A stretch of DNA of 64,000 nt from Thermoproteota archaeon (GTDB lineage: Archaea; Thermoproteota; Thermoprotei_A; Sulfolobales; Ignisphaeraceae): NCBI GenBank assembly GCA_030550585.1, contig JAUQPB010000002.1, forward strand, positions 325,184 through 389,183, read 5' to 3'. The first letter of the stretch is position 1. Every line of letters starts with the position of its first letter. Of the stretch, positions 50,143 through 59,860 are shown one piece after another. The notes beneath the pieces are model-generated. The model did no database searches. It was not told the DNA's origin and saw nothing but the letters and a program-made list of their open reading frames with translations. The translations under genes were made by a program, and so were the position numbers.

Positions 50143-51842
50143 CGCACATGATTAGAAGGGGTGTTTCAACAGCCCTGATAGCCTTTGTAATAGCTGTCAT
50201 AGTTCTAACGCTGTTTACATACATGTTTCTCAACACCTACTTCTCCCTCCTCAGCTCATCGATGACCTTCGGAAGTGTTGCCAGATACTACCACAGCTAT
50301 GAGGTGTCCAAACTTGTACTCAACACCACAGGCAACAAAGTCTATATGAAGAACGTTGGATCATCCGATATAGTTATAGATAAGCTCGTCGTAAAAGACT
50401 CCACAGGATCTGTAAAGGTTCTCCAATCAGCCGACGTTCAGACGCTATGCAGCTCAAGGGTGATCCCCGCACAGCAAAGCATTGAATGTAGCTCAGGATA
50501 CGACTACCTAGCTGTTATAACGCCAGACGGCGTTGTGATAAACCCCCAGCAACCTGTTGTAAAAGGCTATTTGGTGAAGACTAACACAACTTACATAATA
50601 CCCATAACATTCTCCGGCATAAGTAGCCCCCTAGACTTTGTGCAGCTATTCAATGTGAGTAAAGAGCTTGTAGCCAAGCCATATACAAATGCAAGGGTAA
50701 GAGGGATGACATCTGGTGATCAGCTGCTCTTGCTTCCACTGGGTCAGGAGAGCGAGTTCTACAAAACATCTGTTCAGACAGATAACAATGGGGTTTCATT
50801 TGGAGTGGCTGTGATAGGCTATGACCCAAGCTGGGTAAGAGAAAAGCAGCTCAACCCCAATACTGCTACTCCACCGAGGTTCTCGATAATGATCGCAGGG
50901 CCCAAGGCCCAAAAAGAAAAGATTACTTATGGGAACAGACAGGTAACCCTATCTGAAAACGGCTACAGGATTTTGATACGGAACTTCACAGGTGTTGTAA
51001 AAATCTTGGATAGCTCTGGCAATACAATTGCCTGCACATCTTCTCTGCCAAGCGATTGTGGAAATGCTGTGCGCTCGGCCATGGGCTTCTGGTACTATGG
51101 CACAACAGATCTTGGATACAGACTATACCTCAGTGGTGTAGCAGACTATGTAGCCAATTTTATGAGGATTGCCAGTAGCAATTCCCCAACTCGTGAAACC
51201 AGCTACTACCCCTATATATATGTAGGCGATGTGGATGGAGACAACATGGTCGATATAGTGTTTGTGACAGAGGATGCGTACTATGGTAGCACTAGCAGGG
51301 TGGATGATTGTGTAGGTAATTGCAACCCGCCTCGCGGTAACGACATTGATTTGAGTGATTGGAGCACAGTACCTCTAAAGCTGGTGCTCCCGCAGGTGGG
51401 GAAAGCGTTGGGATCTTCAGATGGGTCGATAGATGGGAGTGTATATGCTGGAGTGACCCTGTATATGAATATATTCTTTCACGACGACTCCTACCCAGAT
51501 GAGAACCAGCTCCAAGACAATGATAGAACTGACTGGATGCTGAGGATTCTCCTCATAGACGATAAGGGCAATGAGTATGTGGTCAGAGAGTATAGATACC
51601 AAGAGATATGCAACTACCACAAAACACGTATAACAGACTTTGACAAGGACAACTACTTTGTGAAGTTGTCCCAGTCCATATATGTGCCACTTCCATCAAC
51701 TGGTAGATACTGGATTGCTATAGCTTTCCAAGACCCCTACAGCGAGGAAGTGGAATACTCAGGGGGTCACACATACTATGTAAATGATGTTGACATCACA
51801 GTGGGTGTAGAGTTCATAGGTGTGGTTCCCTTCTTTAGATAG
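50139..51842 (+). CDS. Large type IV pilin-like protein 5
   Basis: IRRG|VSTALIAFVIAVIVL; MKNVGSSDIVI, VITPDG; GDVDGDNMVD; GTGA overlap with gene 4. Confidence 0.82.
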   Translation: MTHMIRRGVSTALIAFVIAVIVLTLFTYMFLNTYFSLLSSSMTFGSVARYYHSYEVSKLVLNTTGNKVYMKNVGSSDIVIDKLVVKDSTGSVKVLQSADVQTLCSSRVIPAQQSIECSSGYDYLAVITPDGVVINPQQPVVKGYLVKTNTTYIIPITFSGISSPLDFVQLFNVSKELVAKPYTNARVRGMTSGDQLLLLPLGQESEFYKTSVQTDNNGVSFGVAVIGYDPSWVREKQLNPNTATPPRFSIMIAGPKAQKEKITYGNRQVTLSENGYRILIRNFTGVVKILDSSGNTIACTSSLPSDCGNAVRSAMGFWYYGTTDLGYRLYLSGVADYVANFMRIASSNSPTRETSYYPYIYVGDVDGDNMVDIVFVTEDAYYGSTSRVDDCVGNCNPPRGNDIDLSDWSTVPLKLVLPQVGKALGSSDGSIDGSVYAGVTLYMNIFFHDDSYPDENQLQDNDRTDWMLRILLIDDKGNEYVVREYRYQEICNYHKTRITDFDKDNYFVKLSQSIYVPLPSTGRYWIAIAFQDPYSEEVEYSGGHTYYVNDVDITVGVEFIGVVPFFR

Positions 51843-51929
51843 CTACAAGCAGCCATTTCCAGCAGGCGGTAAACCAGGAGAAGCTCTATCAGTATAACAT
51901 AATAATTTTTTATTGTGCTTGAACAGCTA

Positions 51930-52448
51930 TTTCGTGTTTTTGTGCAAGGCTATCTCTTGTGCAATGATTTTTCGAAGGATTCCCCACCCTCCTCTACTAT
52001 CTTTCTGAGCATGCTACCAGCTCTGCTCCAAGCTCAGTCGCTGTGGCAATGTATGACGCGTCGTAGTATGCAACCTTGGGTCTATGTGCAATTTCTAGCA
52101 CTAGCCGCCTGTCTTGAGGGTCAACAATGTTTAGGTATCTTGTCAGGAGCTCTACGTGTTAAGTAGTTGCGTTGTTTCTTCAAGCGATATTCTATTTAAT
52201 AACGTGGCCTCTTTCCACAGTGTATTGCCTATTTCGTATGGTGTAAGCGTCTTTTCTCCGGGTATCCTCAAAATGTTTAGTAGTGCTGATGCATTGAACA
52301 AGAGTTTCATCTCCCCTCACGGCTACTCCTAATAGCCTCAACAAGCTCTTTTCTTCTCCTAACCTCCTCTTCCAAGGCACTTCTAATAACAACAGTTATA
52401 GACACCCCCATACCTCTTTATCCTAGCAGAAACTGTTACATAGCCCAT
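51930..52448 (-). pseudogene. Degraded VapBC pair
   Basis: Antitoxin remnants MGYVTVSARI / IRSALEEEVRRR / ELVEAIRSSRE. Toxin from ATG 52310: MKLLFNASAL / TLTPYEIGNTLWKEA / AYYDASYIA, broken by deletions and frameshifts. Left end approximate. Confidence 0.75.
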
Positions 52449-52609
52449 TGAAGCGCTGCATATAGTGTATTGTAATATATAATAAGCTTTAGTACATAAA
52501 CATGTATTATGGTTGCAGGTCCTGTCCATAACCTGGGGCTATAGCATGTAGAAAATGGGGTTGTGGTGAGGGAGGGGGAGATGGATATAGATCCGAAAAA
52601 GATTGTTTG

Positions 52610-53044
52610 CTATGCCATGTTACGCTCTTTAAGTATTTTCCTAACCCTCGACACACTTGTTTCAAGCTCTTCGGCTATTCTTCTAAGCGAGTAGCCCTGC
52701 TGTCTTAACCTAATGACCTGCTCTGCTATATCCTCATCCTCGTTTTGTGCAACTGCACCAATTTTTGTGTTTAGGTCATTAAGACTGCTCTCAATGGCAG
52801 CCACCTTCTTCTCTATGGCTCCCAACCTCTCCTCCAGACTCGAAACCCTTTTAGCCAGCTCATCTAGTTGGGGGCTGTTGCTAGGAGAGAAGCTGGTTAG
52901 ATTCGAAATCTCTGACTTGATTTTTGCTATCTCGCTTCTTGTCTCCTCAACAACCCTGGGATACTCAAATCTTTTATAGAGTATGTACAGTGCCACGGGT
53001 GTTGCTACAGAAACAGCCAGTGCAGCTACAGCTAGGCTACTCAC
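52610..53044 (-). CDS. Membrane-anchored coiled-coil protein with C-terminal HTH
   Basis: N-terminal TM, heptad repeats, LRQQGYSLRRIAEELETSVSRVRKIL. Confidence 0.75.
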   Translation of the reverse strand: MSSLAVAALAVSVATPVALYILYKRFEYPRVVEETRSEIAKIKSEISNLTSFSPSNSPQLDELAKRVSSLEERLGAIEKKVAAIESSLNDLNTKIGAVAQNEDEDIAEQVIRLRQQGYSLRRIAEELETSVSRVRKILKERNMA

Positions 53045-53378
53045 AGGTCTAACACCTAGACTCTGTTTAGAAAATGGTGTTTAAATAAGCTAGCAGGTTC
53101 TTCAAATAAAGAAACCATGTTATGTGGATATATCGCCATATCCAGCAAATCTCCTAGCTATGTCTAAGCGGATACAAAATGCACTTAACTTTATACATGT
53201 CTTGATGGAATACCCCAATTCTTACTAAACAAATAAGGTGGCATGCGTTCTCCTGTACAATTAATCTATCAATTGATTAATGGAAATAATAAGTATTGTT
53301 ACAAGTTACAGTCTTAGGTTGCCTTCGTGTTGGATGCTGGGGTTATGTGTCTAAAGAACTAAGACATTTTTTATGCAT

Positions 53379-53801
53379 CTAAAAATGACCACGGTTTAGG
53401 AAGTGGTAGAGGAGTTTTATTACAGTGTTGTACACATATTCAGCATAGCTTAAAGCCTCTTCAGCATCGCCTCTGTCGTATAGTGGTTTCCTCATCTCCA
53501 TACATTGAGGGTTCTCGTTCTCTTCGAAGAATTCTGGAGATCCTCGCTAGAATTGGGTATCTCTCTTTGAAACCATTCAGGGGAATCGACGCTTCTCTTT
53601 TCTGAGTATAGATCCTACATCATGCCATTTTGGCACATCTGCGCCAACTAATCTGAGGGCTGCTTTAAGTAGAAGTTCAACGGCTTCTTGGCTTTGTCTC
53701 ATAACATATGGGTAGTTTCCTCTATCTAGAGATTCCCTAGCGTGGTGTAACCTCTCCTCAGCTTGTCTTATGTATGACCTCGCCATTTCTATGTTATTCA
53801 A
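53379..53801 (-). pseudogene. HEPN domain gene, multiply frameshifted
   Basis: SQEAVELLLKA..KWHDVG, then PEWFQREI / LARISRILRREREPSMYGDEE / YDRGDAEEAL in shifting frames. Confidence 0.85.
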
Positions 53802-54322
53802 ATTTCTATCACCTCACCAAATACATAATCTTTCTTGAGCCTCCAATACCATTTTCTACCAATCCACACTCTCTCAGCACCTAATTCCCTAAGTCTCGAT
53901 CTTAATTTGTCTAAGATTTGTTTGAAGAAATTATCTTTATCGTATAGTATCACAGCATCCTCTACCATGTCTAGGTATAGAGGGGTAAAGCGTTTAGCTT
54001 CTTCAACAGTTTTTATAATTGGTGAGAAGTCTATATAGAATCCTTGCTCAGTTAAATCCTCAACATCCTCCTCAATATGTTTCTCTATCTCTAAGAACAT
54101 CTCCTATCTCCTAAGTCTGCTCCTCGGCGCTTCTCTAACAACTATAAGCAAATCGATATCACTATCCCTCCTAGCCTCACATCTAGCAACAGAGCCAAAA
54201 ACAACCACGGACACTAGGTTATCTCCTAGAGCATCCAGCATTACATTCAAGAGCTTTTTAAGAACATTGGAATAGGGTCTGCATACCCACATACCTAAGG
54301 TAGCCACAGCACCAAACACCAT
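53798..54322 (-). pseudogene. MNT nucleotidyltransferase interrupted by an in-frame TAG
   Basis: FGSVAR..SDIDLL, then RR*EMF (TAG 54106-04) continuing in frame to PLYLDM..W.WRLK. Confidence 0.8.
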
Positions 54323-54597
54323 TAGCTAGGTATACATACTATTAAAATAAATATAGTTTAGGTAGTATATTAGCCATGAATACAATCAAAATCCTTGGAC
54401 ATAGTCAAACATGTGTTAGGGTGATGGGGATTGGAGAAGAGGGCCTGTTTTTATTAGGTAGTGAGCAGGTCTCAAATCTTGAAATGCTGTGAAATGGAAT
54501 GGCTAAGGGCTCTGATGATAGTCTCTGCAGCGTCTATATTTTTATTGTTGCTAGCACCAGATATATGTGGCTTTGAATAGTTGGATAGGTGGTTTAG

Positions 54598-55587
54598 ATG
54601 ATTAGGAGGGTTGATGATAGGCTTTTGTGGAGCGGCTACCCCTCAGCACATGATGTTGAGAAGGTTGCGAGAGAGGGTGTGAAGCTTATCGTGAATCTAG
54701 TGGACTATTCCCCCGGGAATGCGAAGTACTACAAGGTTGCAAGGTCTCTGAATGTAGATGTGCTGGCCTATCCCATAAAAGACTTTGGCTTCAGGCCTCC
54801 AGAGGATGTACACTTCCATGTTTTGAATTCTGTTCTGAGGGTTGTGCAGGGGGGTGGGCTGGCTCTAGTACACTGCGAGGGTGGTATAGGTAGGAGCGGG
54901 ACTGTTGTAGCCATGTACCTAATGCTTAGGCATGGCCTTGGCGTAAAGCAGGCTCTATCCCGTGTCAAGAGCCTTGGCGGCGGCCCAGAGTCTGATATAC
55001 AGCTCCTGGCCCTGGAATGGTATGGGAGGGCGCTGTCTCTGCTAGGCTCCAGCGGTCTAGACACCGTCCTTGAAATTGGACACAACTACGACTTTGGCTG
55101 GGGCATAGACCACGCATCGACTGTGGCCAACATAGCCTGTGACATAGCCTCGCTACTCGGATTCAACAAGAAGATGCTTGCAGAGCTTTACATAGCAGGG
55201 CTCCTACACGACATTGGAAGGGCTGTGGCCAGCGATGATAAGCACCATGTTAAGAGCGCTGAGATTGTTATGGAGCTGAAAAATGCTGTGGAAAGATACG
55301 GGGATCCGGAGGCAATAGCGTTTCTGCTAAGAAACCATAGAACAGAGACAGATCCGAGGAGAGACCATTACGCCAATAAACTCGGGCAAGACTATGTTCT
55401 GCTCGCATCCATACTGAGACTAGCAGATGCATTCACAGACATCTACGGTGAAGAGGAGTATCTTGGTGCGGAGCTCAAAAACAATAGAATAGCTATCAAG
55501 ACTAGTAGAGCCGATGCAACTAGGGTAGAGACAAAGGCCCAGATACTGAAAGAACTGGGCTACAACATAGAGCTGGAACCCATTTGA
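54598..55587 (+). CDS. Dual-specificity/tyrosine phosphatase fused to an HD domain
   Basis: PIKDF, VHCEGGIGRSGT; H..TV, LLHDIGR, HH..S, NHR, LRLAD. Confidence 0.85.
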   Translation: MIRRVDDRLLWSGYPSAHDVEKVAREGVKLIVNLVDYSPGNAKYYKVARSLNVDVLAYPIKDFGFRPPEDVHFHVLNSVLRVVQGGGLALVHCEGGIGRSGTVVAMYLMLRHGLGVKQALSRVKSLGGGPESDIQLLALEWYGRALSLLGSSGLDTVLEIGHNYDFGWGIDHASTVANIACDIASLLGFNKKMLAELYIAGLLHDIGRAVASDDKHHVKSAEIVMELKNAVERYGDPEAIAFLLRNHRTETDPRRDHYANKLGQDYVLLASILRLADAFTDIYGEEEYLGAELKNNRIAIKTSRADATRVETKAQILKELGYNIELEPI

Positions 55588-55693
55588 GAGCACAAGCTGG
55601 AAACATCCAACGGGATGAGAGAATGCTGACAGGGCTTATACCAAAAATATTTTTTCTAAACCATCAGGGCTGCGCAACTCAATCGCAACCTAG

Positions 55694-56377
55694 CTATATC
55701 TGGATTGCTCCTGATATCATCTTTTTCTTTACTGTGTCGATTTCTACATAGGTCAGCAACCAGGCCTCGAACTCGAAAAGCCATGGGATATACACTATAC
55801 GTGGTATGAATCCTGCTATTAATCTGGTTATTGGTATGAGGATGAAGATTACTGCTGTTATTAGGAACATTTTTGAGTTGAGAGCTCTTCCAAGTCTGAA
55901 GAGAAACGTTACGAGGCCTATGTATCCTAGGAGAATCAGTATAGCTGCTATCAGCACGGCAATTGCAGTTGCAGTGAATGTGGCTAGGCTCTTGGTTGAT
56001 GCAGCAGCCGCGGCTATAATCACACCTATAATGAATAGTATAATCCCCCAGACAAAGCCTAGGGACAGAAGCTTTGCAGGCGTTGAGAGGCTGTCTAGCC
56101 TCCACATAGCAAAATCTCTAGCCGATGGGATAAGCTTTGCGTATGTAGCCACAAGACATAGTATTAGCATTGCCAACAAAATAATAAGGCTGACTCCGCC
56201 AACAACTGGAAGAACACCAAAATTGCGTATGGATAGAGCCATTGATCCGGTAGAAGATGCGTCAACAGCCCACACAAAGCCAAGTATCGCCACAATCATC
56301 ATGAGTATAGCAGCCATGTCCAGCTTTTCTAAACCGCTTACAACAAACCATTTCAACTCTTCAGACAAACCACGCAC
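55694..56377 (-). CDS. DUF973-like membrane protein
   Basis: TM pattern and LLGYIG..F.L / STPAKLLSLG matching 24777-25460. Confidence 0.7.
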   Translation of the reverse strand: MRGLSEELKWFVVSGLEKLDMAAILMMIVAILGFVWAVDASSTGSMALSIRNFGVLPVVGGVSLIILLAMLILCLVATYAKLIPSARDFAMWRLDSLSTPAKLLSLGFVWGIILFIIGVIIAAAAASTKSLATFTATAIAVLIAAILILLGYIGLVTFLFRLGRALNSKMFLITAVIFILIPITRLIAGFIPRIVYIPWLFEFEAWLLTYVEIDTVKKKMISGAIQI

Positions 56378-56807
56378 CTAAATAAAATCAGTTCAAGACA
56401 AGGTTTTTAAGTATTGTGTATGCATCCAATGGGTAAACAAAGTAAGCGTTATGGGGACTGACATGAATTTACCCAGACTTAAAATCTTTGTGATAGGTAT
56501 TGGCTTAGTTGTTGGAGGTTATAAAATGAGAGAAATGATTTCGTTGTGTAGAATGATTGGGCATCGCCACCCCTTTTAAAAGGAATAGCTCTGCTTAGGC
56601 AATGGGAGCAACACTCCAAGCTTAGGTGGGTAAAGTTTAGATGGGGTATGTTTTGTTCACCTTAATAGCTGCCCACGACCCTGTGGGATGGGCTAAGCAA
56701 GTCCTCTAGGCTAGGCGGAAGCCCCTGCTGCCACACACAAAAAGCAAAAGTTTAAAACAATATGAAGCGATAGGGGCAAACGGTATTATCTCAGTATAAT
56801 TTCATAG

Positions 56808-57056
56808 CTATCTAAACCATTTATCTATTTGCAAGTGGCCACTCATATGTTTAGCATAGATCTTACATAAGCTTCTTCTCAAATCCTCCGGTAGGTGGTG
56901 CTTCCTCAGTTGATGGCAGAATCTGGATCTGTTAACCCTTATTTTAATCTTTGTATAGAGCCATAGATAAACAAAGTTCGCTAAAATAGTTAAGATGGAT
57001 ACACCGGTCTGGAGGTATAGCCAAAGATTTTCAGCCACTCTTCTCCTCCTCACCAT
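56808..57056 (-). CDS. Small single-TM hypothetical protein (3' part doubtful)
   Basis: Overlaps the upstream gene, SD GAGGAGG before GTG, one TM helix. Confidence 0.35.
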   Translation of the reverse strand: MVRRRRVAENLWLYLQTGVSILTILANFVYLWLYTKIKIRVNRSRFCHQLRKHHLPEDLRRSLCKIYAKHMSGHLQIDKWFR

Positions 57057-57468
57057 GCTTCACCAGATAAACTTTTGTTGCGCTTCCTCTCCTCTGTGTC
57101 CTTACAACACCTATACTCTCTAGATATCTTATCTTAGATGCCACTATTCTTCTAGAGGCTCTACCTCTAATCTCCTTAACTCTTCTAGTGATCTCTGTTA
57201 TAGAGAGGCCGTTTTCTATGGCTAAGATCTCTAGAATAGTCTTAGTTATGGAATCTGATATGCCGTATCTTGAGACTATATATGTAATTGTTTTAGCTGA
57301 TTTAACAGCTTGTTGAATAGGTATAGTGAGGGAGGATACCAGGTCAAAGATTATATCTAGTTCAGAGATGCCTAGAGCTTTAAAAAAATTTTCAAGTTTC
57401 TCAAGACGATCCAAAACCTGTGTTAATAGCTTCTCAATTCTATCTATCTTCTCTTCAACGCTTGGCAC
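57031..57468 (-). CDS. Coiled-coil plus winged-HTH transcription regulator
   Basis: ILEIL..LSITEITRRVKEIRGRASRRIVA..LESIGVV. Confidence 0.8.
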   Translation of the reverse strand: MPSVEEKIDRIEKLLTQVLDRLEKLENFFKALGISELDIIFDLVSSLTIPIQQAVKSAKTITYIVSRYGISDSITKTILEILAIENGLSITEITRRVKEIRGRASRRIVASKIRYLESIGVVRTQRRGSATKVYLVKHGEEEKSG

Positions 57469-57487
57469 ACTACTACCCTAATTAGCT

Positions 57488-57859
57488 TCATTCCTCGCCC
57501 TTCTCTCCAGAGTTCTTTGCAGGCCCAACAGCTTTTTTAGTCTTTTCACCGCCCTTTGGAATTCCACTGATTAGGTTACCTATACTGCTAAGAGGCTTTA
57601 ATCTCTCTTCTAAAAATCTCTCAGTCAGCGTTTTAGCTAAAGATGGATCAACACCAGCCTCAACAATACTCTTATAGAAGGCAGCTACCTCTCTACCAAG
57701 CCTATCACCACTAAAGCTCTCTAGCAGAGTATTTAACAAATCTTTTAGAGGCTCTCTAATCTCCTTTACGAACTCTGAAACAGCTTTGAGTACTTCTCTA
57801 ACTTCTTCAATATCCTCATGTTTATCTAAACTGGATTTAGCCTCTTTTTCTTCACCCAT
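57488..57859 (-). CDS. Helical hypothetical protein
   Basis: LGREVAAFYKSIVEAG motif; ATG follows GGTG; co-oriented with the HTH gene. Confidence 0.75.
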   Translation of the reverse strand: MGEEKEAKSSLDKHEDIEEVREVLKAVSEFVKEIREPLKDLLNTLLESFSGDRLGREVAAFYKSIVEAGVDPSLAKTLTERFLEERLKPLSSIGNLISGIPKGGEKTKKAVGPAKNSGEKGEE

Positions 57860-58477
57860 TTCACACACCACATCCACAACATATTCTCTGATCACAGTAA
57901 TAAACCTTCCATTAATGTAGTGAGCAGAAGGTGATCACAAAAGATATCTGGTGGCTATCCTGATATACATTCAGCACCAGAGCTCTGCATAATCTAAGTA
58001 GACATCTCTTAAACTTTGCTATAGAGATATGCTAAAGCCCATTCTCCATCTCTGTGGATAAGCCACTAGATGTACTGTAGACACTCACATGTAAAATACT
58101 ATTACAGTAACAGAAGCTAAAACAAACTAGTGATTCAATCATATTGCTCCAGCCACTTTAATTATCATTGGTAGAGAGGGGAGTATGTTAAGAGGTAGAT
58201 TATTAATGCTCTGACGATAGTCTTCTTGATGTATGACTTACCACTCCACACCATCTTTCGCTGAGCTACACCCATCTCAACACCTATACTTCTCCTCCTG
58301 CTCAAGACTTATAAATATAATGTTTTATCTATAGAGATGCATCTATTTATAGAGAAATGGAAGGACTACCTGCATGCTACTTCTTTTAGCTGGTGTCATG
58401 TAGGTTGTGACAGTTGTGTCACTTTGGGAGGGTACTATAAGTCTGTGTACCCACTAAATCTACTTAGAGGTGATGTA

Positions 58478-59821
58478 ATGTTAGATGTGTCTAGATTGAT
58501 AAAAATGCTTGTGGTGCTAGCCATAGTAGCCACACCTATGCTTGTATCCACTATTGTCAGCGCATGTATTAATCCCTTGGATGACGCTATAGAGATTTTG
58601 TTCAATAAGCCGGGGGTTGGCTACAATCTAATTGCGCTACTAGAATCGTTTAGGAATGTGATAACAGTTGAGGAGGACAGGCTATACGCATTTAAATATG
58701 TGTATGTGACGGGTGGTAGGGGATACGAGCTTGCTGTCTATATATACATCGAGAGATTCTGCAGTGGTGCGCCATGCATTGAGGGCTTTAACGACGAACC
58801 CCCTGTAACAAATGTTCTAGGGCTGAGAATAGAACCCTTGAAGACAAGCCCACAGCCTAGCGTCACAACCACGCCAGCTACAGAGATGACTCCGCCTCCA
58901 CAGACTCTAACCACAGCTACTACGACAGTTGTATATCATATAGACGTAATCACAGTTGTTAATGACACAACCAAGGTGGTTCCAGTCTACGAAACCACAA
59001 CTGTTGTAATACCTGTATCACCTCAAGTCGTGCCACAAACACTAGCAACACAAGCGATGCGTGAATATGCTAACATTGTATATGAGGCGTTCCTCGATCT
59101 CTTAAACGCTTTAGCCAAGAGCGGTGTTATAACAGGTTTGAGCGGTGATGACATTATCGATATAATGGTGGCTGTGAAGGTCTACTACTTCACTCCGTAT
59201 GGTGTTAATCTAGTTAGTGGATGGAATAACAGGTTGATGTATAGCGAGGCTCTAGGGGGCTGGGCTCCCTACAGCGTTCTAGTTAGGGATGGTCTCGTCA
59301 AAGGCTTGGTTGTGAAGGGGAATAAATGTTCATATACGGTACCACAGCATATCCTCGACGAGCTTGAAAAAACTGAGGCATCGCTAATGGTTATAGAATC
59401 AGTATATACTCCGCCTCCGCTGGGTCATACAGAGACTATTGTTATAGCGACCCCATCGATGATAACATGGTTTAGCACTAGCCAACGAGAACCCACCACC
59501 ATAACACCTGCAACAACATCTTTACCAATTCCCTCACCAACTCCAGGGAGCCCCAAAATTGCAACAGAACCGACATACACCTATACCTTGCCAAGCCACA
59601 TAGAAACTGTTGCAACACAAGCAGCACCCATCACTTCGCCAACAGTAGCGCCACAGGCAATTATAACGGTGACAGTGCCAACAACTGTAACAGTAGTAAC
59701 AGTAGGGGCGGCAACAGTCCAAGCAAGAGATCTAGTCGATCCTAAGGTTGTGACAGCCATGGTTGTAGGGGTTGTGGCATCGGTTACAGTCTATATCCTA
59801 GCTAAGAAGATTTGGCAATAA
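58478..59821 (+). CDS. Secreted, C-terminally anchored surface protein with Thr/Pro-rich linkers
   Basis: Signal peptide, AC.NP.D..IE.LFNKPG, GWNNR, T/P-rich stretches, C-terminal TM followed by KK. Confidence 0.8.
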   Translation: MLDVSRLIKMLVVLAIVATPMLVSTIVSACINPLDDAIEILFNKPGVGYNLIALLESFRNVITVEEDRLYAFKYVYVTGGRGYELAVYIYIERFCSGAPCIEGFNDEPPVTNVLGLRIEPLKTSPQPSVTTTPATEMTPPPQTLTTATTTVVYHIDVITVVNDTTKVVPVYETTTVVIPVSPQVVPQTLATQAMREYANIVYEAFLDLLNALAKSGVITGLSGDDIIDIMVAVKVYYFTPYGVNLVSGWNNRLMYSEALGGWAPYSVLVRDGLVKGLVVKGNKCSYTVPQHILDELEKTEASLMVIESVYTPPPLGHTETIVIATPSMITWFSTSQREPTTITPATTSLPIPSPTPGSPKIATEPTYTYTLPSHIETVATQAAPITSPTVAPQAIITVTVPTTVTVVTVGAATVQARDLVDPKVVTAMVVGVVASVTVYILAKKIWQ

Positions 59822-59860
59822 AAATACATATTTTTATCCTCTTCACCCACAAATCTCATT

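Noticed and set aside
45093-51842. Archaellum operon, provirus or diversity-generating retroelement
   Set aside because: No arl accessory genes or archaellin N-terminal consensus, no integrase or capsid genes, and no reverse transcriptase or TR/VR pair
54104-54106. Pyrrolysine or programmed readthrough at the in-frame TAG of the MNT gene
   Set aside because: A CAG-to-TAG nonsense change is simpler, the partner HEPN gene is already destroyed, and no pyl genes are visible
57990-58290. Short minus-strand ORF MGVAQRKMVW...; similar protein-like scraps at ~34900-35100 and ~36770-37000
   Set aside because: Probably eroded gene remnants, but no family could be recognised, so they are not called
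58481-58494. TTAGATGTGTCTAG resembling the feoB palindrome
   Set aside because: Lies inside the coding sequence of a gene with no evident metal link; likely chance
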